Positions 1-13,054 of a stretch of DNA of 64,000 nt are shown piece by piece. Numbering within the stretch: position 1 is the first letter of the stretch; every line of letters begins with the position of its first letter. The translations under genes were made by a program, and so were the position numbers. This DNA comes from Octopus bimaculoides (Eukaryota), in contig NC_069001.1 in assembly GCF_001194135.2 (NCBI RefSeq), positions 20,384,452 through 20,448,451 of the forward strand. The letters run 5' to 3'. The notes under the pieces are model-generated. The model saw only the letters and a program-made list of their open reading frames with translations. It did not search any database and had not been told where the DNA came from.

Positions 1-60
1 TAGTCTTGGGGGAGGGCTCTAGTCTTGGGAGAGGGCTCTAGTCTTGGGGGAGGGCTCTAG
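1..60. repeat. 19-bp G-rich tandem repeat (TAGTCTTGGGGGAGGGCTC x3), probably continuing upstream of the window
   Basis: Three near-perfect units read directly from the sequence. Confidence 0.9.
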
Positions 61-1039
61 TACCAGACTGACACATATTTTATTCACTTCTAAAGGATGA
101 AATGTAAAGTCAATCATCATCGTCATCATCATCATTTAACATCTGTTTTCCATGCTGGCATGCCAGAAGGCTGTGCCAGAAGGCTGTGCCAGACTCTATT
201 AGCTGTTTTGGCATGTTTTCTGCAGCTGAATGGCCTTCCTAATGCCAGTCACTTTCCAAGGTGTACTAGGGGCTTTTTTCCATGGCACCAGAACCAGCGG
301 GAACACCAAGTAGGGCGGGTGGTGGTGAGGGGAGATGGTTAGATGGGACAGAGATGACAATAGTAATTGAAGGTGAAAGATGTAGGAGTGATTTAAGGGG
401 AGTGGTTTTATTAGCTATGTAAGGGTATTCAGAGTGATCGGTTTAAAGGAGGGTGTTAAGGGAGGAGTATAGCAAAAGGGAGAGAGCATGACTGGAGGAT
501 AATAGTGAATGGATGTGGTTCTGGGGTGTGGAGAGGAAAGAAGAAGCCCGGAATCAGAGGGGATGTACTACATGCTTATTCTCCTCTCAGGTGATTATGG
601 TAGCTGATTATTCCCAAAGATAAAGAAGTGATGGGTGTTAGTTAGGGAATGAGATGTGAAGGAAGCTAAACAGGACTGTGAGAATGGAGGTGGGGTAGAG
701 CTCCATACATACAAGCATTTACCAAGATGGTTTTAGGATATCATGTACAGCAAGATGCCAGATATCTTGGTTCTCAGTCATTTTTCTCATAATGCTCAAT
801 ATCATGTGATTGTCCTTCAATACTTCATCCCATGTCTTTTTTATGTGACTGTCCTTGTCCATATGTTACTGAACCAGTGCAGTCTTACTGACTACATCTA
901 ATTCCTCTTAACTTTTCTCTCAAAACAATAGCGCTCTGTCATGCATGTACACTGACATTGCACAGCCAACAAAGCATACTAGCTTCATTCCTCTCTAGTC
1001 TTTGTGTGTCCTCTATATTTGGGACCTATGTCTCACTTT

Positions 1040-1400
1040 GATGTAGTATTGCAGTTTGTATACATCTCACTATCATGTAATAAAGAATTTGAACTCAGAA
1101 TGTAAAACTGGAAGAAATGCTGATAAAGTAGAAACACAAAATATTGAAATAATAAATTCAGAAAATAACAGAGCAGAACTGGTTAAAGATACAATAAACA
1201 ATTTCAAAACAAAATTACAAAACATACTAAAGAAAAAGCACAGAGAAAAACCACTCCATGACCAATACCCTACAAGACTTGATAGAAAAGAACTGAGTGA
1301 AAATGAAAATCAACAATGGCTTGAAAGTTCCAGTCTAGAAGCAGAAATGGTGGAACTGATTTTCACTGGACAAAACCAGTGTCTTTTGCTAGACCAGAGG
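1040..1400 (+). mobile_element. Degenerate R4/Dong-like non-LTR retrotransposon fragment (post-RT region)
   Basis: WLESSSLEAEMVELIFTGQNQCL resembles the WL...LKAETEGFIIAAQDQ motif that precedes the CCHC finger in RLE-type elements. Confidence 0.5.
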
Positions 1401-1424
1401 TCATAAATATTTATAAGAACAAAG

Positions 1425-1830
1425 TAGGCGTAGGAGTGGCTGTGTGGTAAGTAGCTTGCTTACCAACCACATGGTCCCGGGTTCAGTCCCACTGCATGGC
1501 ATCTTGGGCAAGTGTCTTCTACTATAGCCTCGGGCCGACCAATGCCTTGTGAGTGGATTTGGTAGACGGAAACTGAAAGAAGCCTGTCGTATATATGTAT
1601 ATATATATGTATGTGTGTATGTGTTTGTCCCCCCAACATCGCTTGACAACCGATGCTGGTGTGTTTATGTCCCCGTAACTTAGCGGTTCGGCAAAAGAGA
1701 CCGAAAGAATAAGTACTAGGCTTCCAAAGAATAAGTCCTGGGGTCGATTTGCTCGACTAAAGGCGGTGCTCCAGCATGGCCACAGTCAAAAGACTGAAAC
1801 AAGTAAAAGAGTAAAAGAGAGTAAAAGAGT
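1425..1830 (+). mobile_element. tRNA-derived SINE (Octopus OR/OK-like family), full length
   Basis: A-box TGGCTGTGTGG, B-box GGGTTCAGTCCC, central (TA/TG)n, GTAAAAGA tandem tail. Near-identical copies at 45960-46374 and 63652-63977. Confidence 0.85.
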
Positions 1831-3457
1831 AATGAAATTGGACCCTACCACCAAATGCAGTATGTGCAACCAGTGCAATGAGACACTTGATGCAGAAATG
1901 CAATCTGGTATTGTCATGAAACCAATTAGGATTAAGTTGTTTGTTAAATGAAGAAGACATTTCAAAAAATTGTCTTATCTTGCTTGTACGTCTGTAAAAT
2001 GTTAGAGGAGTAACTCAGAGTTTGAGAGTGTCATGCATAGCACTTGGATGAAAGCAGTTTCACCAGTGGCCGTTCCATCTTTTTGTAAATCTTGGACAAC
2101 ATTGACCACAAAAGTCCTTCCTCTTTTAAGACGGTTGAGTGAGGTTACAAGCAGAATTTCTGGCAGACCAAGTAATCATACAAAGTTTCCTTTATTGGCT
2201 TGATTGGTTACCATGTAAATAAAGTTTTTTTTCTTTGAATATTGATACAATTTTCCAGTTAATGAAGAGAAAAAAAAAATTATGTTTAATGAATATTTAA
2301 AACATGGCAATATAATAAAGTCATCAAAATTTAAGATGTTTGTATGTAAGTAGTAGTATCTACACATTAGAATGTGTTGTTTAATGATAAGGGTGTAACT
2401 GGGTTTGATTCCTGAACTGGGCAGTACTTTGTGTTTTGAGCAAAAAAAACCTCATCTCAGGTTGCTCTGTAGCCACTGATGTGAGGCACACCATGCACCT
2501 GTACAAGCAATGTCAATTTGATGGAGGTGGTGGGCATATGTGCATCACAAACATTTGAACACTGTAAACAAATCATCTATGCAAGTTTTTCAGTGAGAAA
2601 TTGCATAACTGTCTTTCTCAGACTTAAATGACAAACATTAATCCATGCAATAATTACACCATGTGGAGGAAAAATCAACACAAAAATAATTCAGGAAATT
2701 CAAATGTTAGACAGCCTTATACATTTTAGCAAATTATCTAAAGTGATAAAAGTAGTTGCAAACTGTTAGTATTTGAACAAGTACAATTTTGAGTTTTGAG
2801 TTAATTGGATATTCAAAGGCAGATTCTACAAAGCTACAGTATCAATGTGCAGGATGGACTGTCTGAATGAAAAATATGTGAAACACCTTGCATTGAAAAT
2901 AATATAATTTCATGAAATTTATTGTTGGAAAAAAATACAAACAATAATATATTTGATTCCTTAAAAATTCAGATTCAAAATTTGTTATACTATTATTTTG
3001 CCTATTTTTCTATTTAGTAATCTAAAACAATTTGTTTTGTTGTTTAGTGTCGATACCAAAATACTTCTAAACTAAAATTATTATATTTTCTTTTTTAACA
3101 ACAGGTGAAGTACTGTTTTGGTCACTATGATGGAAAAGTTTGACAAAAGACATACTTAGCTATACCAGGTTGGAAATTTAAACGAAAATATGCAAAAGAA
3201 AATGAAAATGAATTGGAAAAAAGAAAAAAAACACAGTTACCTCCCATAAGATGTAAAACCTCATAAGCAATTCAACAGTCTATGTTTATACATAGATCTG
3301 GTTGTTACACATGTATGAAAACACAAACATGCATGCATATATATTCACACATCACTATCATTGTAGTGTTACTGAAGATGTAATACATTAATTAATGCTA
3401 ACTATACAACACACACATATATGTAATGTATGTGTGTGTATCTATGTAGTGTATGTG

Positions 3458-3490
<33 letters not shown>

Positions 3491-3583
3491 GTAAATTGCA
3501 ACATAATTATATGCATAGATATATGTATATATTTACACATACAAGCATAGATATGTATGTTATCATGTAGTTTATATACATAT

Positions 3584-3663
<80 letters not shown>

Positions 3664-4113
3664 ATATATATATATATAAACTCTGTAAGTTGGAACTTTG
3701 ACAGTATATATTAAATAGCTACTCTATCTAAAATATTGAGTTCACTTCAACTTTGAATGTTACTGAGAACATAATATATTAATTATAATTATTTAGTACT
3801 AACCGTGTGTGTATACATACATACATACATACATACACACACATACACACACACACGCACACACACTAATATTTATATATATAAGAGTGTTTGTATATAT
3901 ATATATATGTGTGTGTGTGTAAATATTTACATACCTATGATCAGTTCCAAAAGCAAAAGTATCAATATCGCTCAATAGCGACAGCAGCAATAATAGTAAA
4001 TAATAATAATAATAATGGTAAATGAGGTAGAATAAGATAGAAGCAAAATTTAAGTAACAAAAAGGGAACTGAAAAAAAATATATGTTTCCCCTGTTGTAT
4101 ATTACGCAAAGAG

Positions 4114-4454
4114 ATGTCAACGAGTAGTACATTTATAGAACCTATGAAGGATCGACCGATCCCGCCTAAAACTGAAGGAGACCATTTGCCAAAAAAGAGA
4201 GAATGTGGTCCACCAGGAAATGGGGTTGCACCCATTTTTGACTATATGGAATCTGAGATGTCTTCAAGTTCAAACTCACAAACATTTGAAAACAAATCAC
4301 CACCACCACCTGCCTATGAGAAGCTCTATCCATCACCATACATGATGAATACAAGGTTTAGGAGTTACCGCAGCAATCTAACACTACAGGGAAAAGTTTA
4401 CAACTTTTTAGAAAGACCAACAGGCTGGAAGTGTTTCATTTATCATTTCACTGT
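4114..4454 (+). CDS. KCNQ1: KCNQ1-type voltage-gated K+ channel, first coding exon (N-terminus and S0 helix)
   Basis: ORF ends ...[23 protein letters not shown], close to human KCNQ1 [23 protein letters not shown]. Donor GT|GTAAGT at 4455 (phase 2). In-frame TAA at 4051 upstream of the ATG. Confidence 0.93.
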
Positions 4455-5209
4455 GTAAGTACCAAACACATACTTTCATTGATGCTCCCAAAATAACAGC
4501 AATTCTCCATTCAAGCACTCAAAACAACTGCTTTCCCAGGCAAGAAACCAAAATAATATACACCTCCATCCTAGTTCTCAAACCAACAATCATTTTCACC
4601 CTGCACATGTCTGAATGCATATCTACTTTTTCTTTGTTAAAATTATTTTTTGTCATTCATTTATTGAAATCCCCTTGTGACCACCTATTTAATGACATTG
4701 ACGATAATTCTTTCTATTATAGGCACAAGGCCTGGAATTTAGTGACAGTGGAGAAGGGGCTAGTCAATGACATCAATCCCAGCACCAATCAATTGATAAT
4801 GATTGTTGCTGTTTAAACACAGGGCAGCTTTTATTGAGCAGACCCATGGTCAAAGATGCTTCATTCATGATTATCTCATATATTTCCTAATGTTGCTTTC
4901 TAACATTTTCTAATATGTCTTTCCATTTTAAAGAAGATTATTTGCTATTTCTAGTAGATTGAGCTTCCCTTGTTCAATTGATAAGGATGACAATGGATGA
5001 TAATGACGCAGTCTAAGATGTTAATGTGTCCAGTAATATTATTATACAAAGATATGTGAGCAGAGTTCCAATATATGTTGTATTTACATTTTGTTGAGGT
5101 TGGTCCACAAAGGTTGGTCCATCAAGGTTGGACTATTTTGTGATCTTGAAGAGGTAGTCTAGTTGTTTTTGGATGTGGGTTTGGCTATATAAAATCAGCA
5201 TGGAATTAT

Positions 5210-5700
5210 CATCATCATCATCATCATCATCCTCCTTTAATGTCTGTTTTTCATGCTGGTATGGATTGGATGGTTTCACAAGAACTGGCAAGGCCAGGGG
5301 CCACACCAAGTTCAATAGTTTGTTTTGGCTTGGTTTCTACAGTTGAGTGCCCTTCCTGATGCCAACCACTCCACAGAGTGTAATGGGGTGCTTTTTATGT
5401 GATATCAGCACCCACATTAATGCTTTTCACATGATACCTTAGTTTTAGGAGCTCAATTATGTTGTGGTAGGTGGGTCTTCTCAAGTACAGCAATGTGCCA
5501 CATAGCGTTGTCCTCTGCCATGTCCTTCATAAGGTTTGGCATTTTGAGATTTGCCTTCAATACTTCGTCCCTCACCTTCCAGGGTCTCCCTCTTCCAAAA
5601 CTTCCTTCCACTTTAAGTGATCTGCATTTCTTTATGCAACTGTTCTCTCCCATGTGCGTGGCATGGCCAAACCAGCTCAGTATTAAGTTTTGGTAAAGCT
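5210..5700 (-). mobile_element. RTE-type LINE 3' fragments and (GAT)n-tailed terminal module
   Basis: Minus-strand GSFGRGRPWKVRDEVLKANL (RTE C-terminus). Tail module shared with 120-300, 12540-12680, 21310-21480 and 39320-39491. Confidence 0.65.
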
Positions 5701-6377
5701 TAATGACATTTAAGTGGTCATGTCAGCTTTGAAAGTTGTTTTCAATTTCTCTGTGCATAGGGTGTAGTGGAGAGCTAACCCGGAGGGTGGTTTAGGTTGC
5801 CTTGTGGGCGCTTGAGGTGGTTATATGTGGTTAAACTTGTAGTTGTTGTCATCCTTGACTGCAAAGATCAGCTATCAAAAGGTGTGATCATTCTGTGCTC
5901 TTCAGAGTTATTGCTTATGTAGGAAGGCTTTGGTGTGACACGAGCAAGATTAAACTGATGTTTCTTCTAGGTCAACCAATCACAGTGAATGGGTGTATTG
6001 AGTTGGATGTGGGTGGTTGTGTGCATTGAGCTTATTATATGTAGTTGTGAACATTATAGAGGCCCTGGTCACTTCTGAAGAAGATTTATAGCCAAAGCAT
6101 TTTAGTGATGACCATCCTGTCACTTTCATATATAAAGGACTAAACTGCTTAATGTACTTCTCTTCAAGATTGTATGTTGTTTTTTGGGGAGATTTGGCTG
6201 CTATTTCAAGGGAGCTGAGTGACCAGCAAAAGACTCTCAGTGGCTATTAAAGTAATTGTCAGTGTGGTTGCATGTGTTTGTATGTGGTTGTTTATTGATG
6301 AAGTGGTTGTGTGGCATGTTTTGTGGTATAATAATAATAATACTAATAATAATGATAATAATAATAATAATAATAAT

Positions 6378-7866
6378 GAACTAGATAGGATACAACATAC
6401 ACAAATGAAAGAAAAAATAAAGAAAGAGTACTACAGACGAGTTAGATCAATACTAAAAACAGAGCTCAATGCTAAAAACAAGATAATGGGTATCAACACT
6501 TTAGCTGTCCCAGTTATAAGCTACAGCTACAACATCCTTAACTGGACACTAAACGAACTATGTAAAATAGACAGGAAAACAAGAAAAATAATGACAGGAT
6601 ATAGGATGCACCACCCAAAATCTGACATAGAAAGGCTATATATACAACGCACNNNNNNNNNNNNNNNNNNNNNNNNNNNNNNNNNNNNNNNNNNNNNNNN
6701 NNNNNNNNNNNNNNNNNNNNNNNNNNNNNNNNNNNNNNNNNNNNNNNNNNNNNNNNNNNNNNNNNNNNNNNNNNNNNNNNNNNNNNNNNNNNNNNNNNNN
6801 NNNNNNNNNNNNNNNNNNNNNNNNNNNNNNNNNNNNNNNNNNNNNNNNNNNNNNNNNNNNNNNNNNNNNNNNNNNNNNNNNNNNNNNNNNNNNNNNNNNN
6901 NNNNNNNNNNNNNNNNNNNNNNNNNNNNNNNNNNNNNNNNNNNNNNNNNNNNNNNNNNNNNNNNNNNNNNNNNNNNNNNNNNNNNNNNNNNNNNNNNNNN
7001 NNNNNNNNNNNNNNNNNNNNNNNNNNNNNNNNNNNNNNNNNNNNNNNNNNNNNNNNNNNNNNNNNNNNNNNNNNNNNNNNNNNNNNNNNNNNNNNNNNNN
7101 NNNNNNNNNNNNNNNNNNNNNNNNNNNNNNNNNNNNNNNNNNNNNNNNNNNNNNNNNNNNNNNNNNNNNNNNNNNNNNNNNNNNNNNNNNNNNNNNNNNN
7201 NNNNNNNNNNNNNNNNNNNNNNNNNNNNNNNNNNNNNNNNNNNNNNNNNNNNNNNNNNNNNNNNNNNNNNNNNNNNNNNNNNNNNNNNNNNNNNNNNNNN
7301 NNNNNNNNNNNNNNNNNNNNNNNNNNNNNNNNNNNNNNNNNNNNNNNNNNNNNNNNNNNNNNNNNNNNNNNNNNNNNNNNNNNNNNNNNNNNNNNNNNNN
7401 NNNNNNNNNNNNNNNNNNNNNNNNNNNNNNNNNNNNNNNNNNNNNNNNNNNNNNNNNNNNNNNNNNNNNNNNNNNNNNNNNNNNNNNNNNNNNNNNNNNN
7501 NNNNNNNNNNNNNNNNNNNNNNNNNNNNNNNNNNNNNNNNNNNNNNNNNNNNNNNNNNNNNAAAATACAAAGACCTGGAAATAGAGATAACTCGAATGTG
7601 GAATCTAAAAACAGAAACAATTCCTATCATAGTAGGTGCCTTAGGTATAATAAAAAAATATTCAGACAAATACATAACAAAAACACCAGGACTTACAAAT
7701 ATATATAACATACAGAAAATTGCACTACTGGGTACTGCACACATTCTACGCAAAACACTTTCAATACAGTAAACATAAGAGCACCACAGCAAACCACAGC
7801 ACATACCCAAGGCGCACAGAGCTGCGCTCGGTAGTGAAGTGAAAGCACGTTATAAAAATAAAACTA

Positions 7867-7869
<3 letters not shown>
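6378..7869 (+). mobile_element. 5'-truncated R4/Dong-like RLE retrotransposon inside a (TAA)n tract (contains a 909 bp N-gap)
   Basis: KEYYRRVRSILKTELNAKNKIMGINTLAVPV (post-RT) and KYKDLEIEITRMWNLKTETIPIIVGALG (RLE C-terminus), short 3'UTR, (AAT)n on both sides. Confidence 0.85.
6653..7561. other. Assembly gap (N); smaller gaps near 10627, 36467-36566 and 54827-54836
   Basis: Runs of N. Confidence 1.
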
Positions 7870-7926
<57 letters not shown>

Positions 7927-8049
7927 GAACTAATTGTACAAAGTGCTCAGGTGCTCTACAACTCATCAGAAAGGTTGCCAAAAGTGTATGTACAGTACAT
8001 AGAATAATGTACAAAAAGACAAGTGAACAGTGAATGAGTTATTAAAAAA

Positions 8050-9300
8050 ACAAAAAGAAAAAGGAACATACGTTGTAGTGTTGGTGAATTTCAGGAAGTA
8101 TGGAAGATTTCAAGGATATAGTGTCCTGACAACTAACAAGTGATGTATTCCATGCATCAGTAATACTGAGCATGGAAAAATGTTTCAGAAAGTCATGAGT
8201 GCTATTTTCTGATTTTGTAAGCATGTCCACAAGTGTTAGATATATAGAATTCAAATAGGTACCCAAGGTTGTTGTTAAGAAAAATGGTGAATAATCTTGT
8301 GGGGCCAAATCAGTTGCTAGTAGTCAGAGGTTTAATGTGTCACATGCCTAGGGAAGTAAGACATTCAGAGTAAATGCATGATTGCAGGTTTTCATTTAGT
8401 TACACATTTCTGGACAGTTTCCAGAAGATTGATATGCTGAGCAAGATAGGTGTTCTAGACTGGTGAAGCAAACTCCAAGTGTGAATATACCATAGCCATA
8501 TACAGTTTTAAACAGACAGCTGGAGAGCTGCAGAGCTGCAGACAAAAATCTTATTGGATGACAATCACAGCCTTCTTCGCAATTTTAAAAATATGGTTTG
8601 TTCAACACAAATTGCTGTTGACAATAATGTCCAGATCACATACGCTAGCAGACTTCTTAAAACTGGTGCTGTGGAGAGATTCTACCTCTCAAAATGTATA
8701 GTGGGGCATTTGTGCACAGCCAGCTTGAGTTGCCAGTCAGTAATCCATTACTGTATTATGTTCAGGTCTGATTGCTGGAAAGATCTATAGTGTAGAGGAT
8801 TTTTTCCTTTTTATCTCAAGGTGCAGCTTGATGTTGTCTGCATATTTCAACACTAACATTCTTCAAGTTGGCATCTATGTTATTAATATATGCAACAAAC
8901 AACAGGGAGCTTAGAACAGATCTCTGTGGTATACTAAATGTTATCTCATAGGGTGCAGAATGATGCCCTAGAACCATGACTATTTTTTCTCAACCAAGAA
9001 TGAAGGACTTCAACCAGATATAAAGGTTATCTCTCACACACATTGCAGAGAGTTTTACCATTAATCATTTGTGTAACACAGAATTAAAGGCTTTAGCAAA
9101 GTCAAGATAAATAACATTCACTCATGAGTCACCATAGGTGAATGTCTTCAAGAAACTCAATGAGTTCACCATAGCAGCTGGTGTTAGAAATAAATCCAAA
9201 TTGCAAGAGTTGAATACAGCTGTGAGAGTTCCAGAAGTTCTAGAGTGTTTCTCTGACAGAGGATTCCATCAGTTTGGTGATGCAGCTAGTAAGACTGACT
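8050..9300 (-). mobile_element. Heavily degraded CR1/L2-like LINE reverse transcriptase relic
   Basis: Minus-strand IPQRSVLSSLLFVAYINNI (resembles GVPQGSVLGPLLF..YINDL) and LLETVQKCVTK, with many stops and frameshifts. Confidence 0.55.
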
Positions 9301-9489
9301 AGATGATAGTTAACAGGTGATGTGTGATTACCCTTTTTGAACAGGAGAATGATGCTATCAATTTTCCACTGTTCTGGAGTAACACCACAGTTGAGGTAGA
9401 ATTGGAAGAATGAAAGCTGATGCAGAAGAAAAAACCCACTGCATTTGAGAAGCAGCTAAGTAACGCCATCAAGACCAGAAGACACATAG

Positions 9490-10150
9490 TTGTGTGTGGT
9501 TGTGTACTGTTGTATGCAATAATGACAGGTTAAAATAGTTGTAAATGGTTATGAGTGGTTATGGTTGTGGTGGTGTTTGTGTGTGGCTGTGTATAGCTAA
9601 GGTAGTTGTTTGTGGCTATGGTACATGTGTTTGCTTACGTATTGATGAGGTGGCTGTATGTAGTGTATGGTTTATGATGTGTGTAAATGTATGTGATGGA
9701 TGTTGTTATGTGTGTCTGTGTATGGTTGAAGTGGTTTTGTGCGATAGCTGACATTGGCTATGGTTGTTTGTAGTCAAATTAGTAAAGTGTTGTTAAATGT
9801 GATTATGTGTGGTTGTGTATAGTTGTCTGTGCTTGAAATGGCTGCATGTAATGTAGTGCCTGCATGTGGTTATGTTGGACTGAGACAACAGTATGTAGTT
9901 GTGTACAGTGGTCTGGTATGTATTGTTGTATGTTGCTGAGGAGGTTGTGAGTGTGGTTGAAATGATGTGTAGTTTTTGTTGTTGTGAGTTGTAGTTTACT
10001 GTTGTGCATGACAGTCTACTGTGAAAGAGGTTGTATGTTGTTACATACTGTTGTATGCAGTTGTGTGTGGTTGCCCATGGTTGTATATGATTCTGCGCGA
10101 TTGAGGTGATTGAAATATTTGCTATGATTTTGTGTTGTTTGCTTGCACAT
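9490..10150. repeat. TG-rich low-complexity, degenerate simple repeat
   Basis: Recurrent GTTGT/GTGTG motifs and strong G+T strand bias. Confidence 0.75.
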
Positions 10151-10584
10151 GAATGAATGTCTCCAAGAAACTCAGAGTAGTCTTTCTGTCAGTGTTTGAA
10201 ATTAAATGTAAGTTTGACTGAGATGAAAGGAGGTGTCATTTGACAGTGACAAAGTTGAAGGGATGAGGAGAAAAAAAGAATTCTTGGAGATCATTACAGC
10301 CATCTGGGTATGGGATATGTGTATTTATGTTTAAAAACAGAGTGGTACTGAAACATTTGTATCTGGTCATTAAAGATGAGCTAATCTCTTTGTTTTCTTA
10401 TCTGGATTATAGTTTACTCTTCACTAGACTGACATTGGATTCACTGGTGGGATACTTTGATTTTCTACAACAGTATAATTTCAATCTTCCTTGAGACTCT
10501 AATCTAAGAGAGTAGATAGCCTTGAGTTTGGGCTGAGTGCTGCACTGGAAATACCCTGATTTTCTACCCTTTCAGGACCGCTAC

Positions 10585-10625
<41 letters not shown>

Positions 10626-10635
10626 NNNNNNNNNN

Positions 10636-10681
<46 letters not shown>

Positions 10682-11009
10682 ACTGGTGAGCTAGCAAAGT
10701 ACATACCTTGTGTGTGTATGTTCAGTAATGTTTACAACACTTGCACTGCTTCTATGTATGCATTACTTGGGCACACCAGCAGATGGTTTTACACCATTTA
10801 ACATATAGTCATGTACAGGCTAATCAATTTGCCTCCAATTTGGTTCAGGTACATGATGCTGATAAGCCACAAAAATGGTTAAAAACTGATGTCCATCACT
10901 CCTGAATGGGACTTTGGGTGAGTTGTCTTGCCTGTCTATGACTATGACTTTCAGGTGTTTTAACAACTGACACTCAGAGAGGGTCATCTCCACTGTGTCA
11001 AATCACAGC

Positions 11010-11760
11010 TGACCAGCAAACTAGCAAAGCACATACATCAAATTGCTGGACCAGGTGATTAAAGTTACAGAAAAGGTTACAGAAAAGGTCATAGCTCAAT
11101 TAATCAAGAAGAGAGTTAGCCAAGATGAAATGCAGTTTGGATTTGTGCCTGGTAGAAGCACCACCAATGCTATCTTTTTGATGAGGCAACTGCAAGAGAA
11201 GTACTTGGCCAAGAATAAACCTCTGTATTTGACTTTTATTGACATGAAGAAAACCTTTGACAGGGTTCCCCGCTCTCTTATCTGGTGGGCAATGTGGAAG
11301 CTAGGGATAGATGGGTGGTCGGTGAGAGCTCTAAAAGCCATGTACAGGGATGTTGTCAGTTAGGTGAAAATCCCCAATGAGTATAACAAGGAATTTAGTG
11401 TACAAGTAGGAGTCCACCAGAGATAGGTTTCCATAGTCCTCCAGGCTGTAACAGAGGAATTTAAGACTAGCTGCCCTTGGAAGCTCCTCTACACAAACAA
11501 CCTTTTTTTTTATTGCTGAATCACTATCAGAACAAGAGAAGAAATTTCAGGAATGGAAGCAAAGTCTAGAATCAAAGGGCCTTAGAGTTAACTTAGAAAA
11601 GAACAAAGTCCTGATAAGTTAGAAAACAGATGAATCACAGATCCTTTCAGAAAAATGGCCCTAATTGATATGTAGAAAAGGTGTCAGGAAAAACTCCATA
11701 TGGTGTACCCAGTGCAAACTATGGACGCTTAAGAGGTACTGCAGTATCACTGGAAAACTA
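11010..11760 (+). mobile_element. RTE-clade LINE reverse transcriptase fragment
   Basis: QFGFVPGRSTTNAIFLMRQLQEKY...FIDMKKTFDRVPR, followed by degenerate GVHQ and YADD-like regions with stops. Confidence 0.85.
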
Positions 11761-11769
11761 ATGGAGAAA

Positions 11770-12170
11770 GTAGTCTATACATGTGGCAGACATCAAACGC
11801 TGTATAGATATCAAACGTTATATTATAGCTGTTGAGGCAAAATTTAAATCTAAATCTAACAACCATCTTTTGAATTTTAGGTACCATGATAACAGGCATT
11901 CAACAACCCTTTTGGCTTTAATCTGGAAACTTAAAGATGAAGGGGCTAGTTTTGATATCAAATGGAAGATTCTCTCCAAATCCAGACCCTATATTAAGGG
12001 GTCTAAAAAATGTTCAGTGTCTTCTCTTGAAAAACTGTATCTATTAAAAAACTTGAGAACCTCCACTGAATGCATAAATTTGACAGAGGAGATTTTTTCT
12101 GTACGTCTGCATTTTAAGAAATTCATCTTGTTGGAATTTAAAAGTAGACCACTAAACACTTAGTAAACCA
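11770..12170 (+). mobile_element. Penelope-like GIY-YIG endonuclease fragment
   Basis: FKSKSNNHLLNF...TTLLALIWKLKDEG...IKWKIL...PY...KKC.V..LEK matches the PLE endonuclease C-terminal pattern. Confidence 0.7.
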
Positions 12171-13054
12171 TTAACATTTGATTTATGTCTACTTGACACC
12201 AAATTATTGTAACGTTGGTTATCTCCCTTGTTATTTTCTTGTCTTCTTTATAAGCATCTCTTGTGTAAATGTTACCTGCTCAAAAGACAACTAAACGGTC
12301 TTGTTTTCAGCTTGATAAATGGTGGAATAAATTATTATTTTGACCAGGAATCCCTGAGTAGTTGTATTTACAAGATTTGTGTTTTTTTTTATTTTAAGAT
12401 TATATATATATTTAGTGGTGCCCCAGCATGACCACAACCTTAGGGCTGAAAAAAGTAAAAGAATAAAAGAATATATATATATATATATATGTGTGTATGT
12501 GTGTGTGTGTGTGCATATATATACACACAGACACACACATCATTATCATCATTATCATCATCATCCTCAGAGTTGGATCAAGTTCCAGTTTGATTTGGTT
12601 TGGTTCTTCAGTTAGATGCTCTTCCTAATGCCAACCACTTTACAGGGTGTGCTGGGTGCTTTTAATGTGGCAGCAGCACAGGATTCTTGCAGGCCAATCC
12701 TCTTCATCAAGGGGAGCGGCATTAACACTTCTGCTGTGGAGGATGAGTCTGCCTGAGCAAAGCACCAGGTATCTTGGTCCTTTGTCATCTCCTCTCCAAG
12801 ATTCAGTGCCCTGAGCTCATCCATCAGTAGTTTGTCCCATGTCATCCTATTAAACACACACACAGTCTTTCTGTCTATTAAACACACACACAGCCATATA
12901 GGTTGAGGGTGGCCTTAAAATGATACACACTTTGAATCATTATTAATACAATATCTATTTTAAATACAAATTATAGAATGCCAATATGCAATTATCTTTA
13001 GTTACCACAAGGGTCTGGATTAAAACTACCATGGGTTAGAAACTGATGACATTT

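Noticed and set aside
1-60. CRISPR-like or telomeric array
   Set aside because: No spacers, eukaryotic context and not a TTAGGG-type unit; an ordinary minisatellite.
1835-2220. Possible mariner relic on the minus strand (WFHDNTRLH)
   Set aside because: Only one degenerate motif; not enough to delimit an element.
6068-6112. Possible hammerhead (CTGAAGAAG...GCCAAAGC)
   Set aside because: No GAAA and stem II does not pair; too degenerate to call.
6219-7810. Long ORFs of 360-517 aa
   Set aside because: The length comes from the N-gap; the real parts are R4-like retrotransposon sequence.
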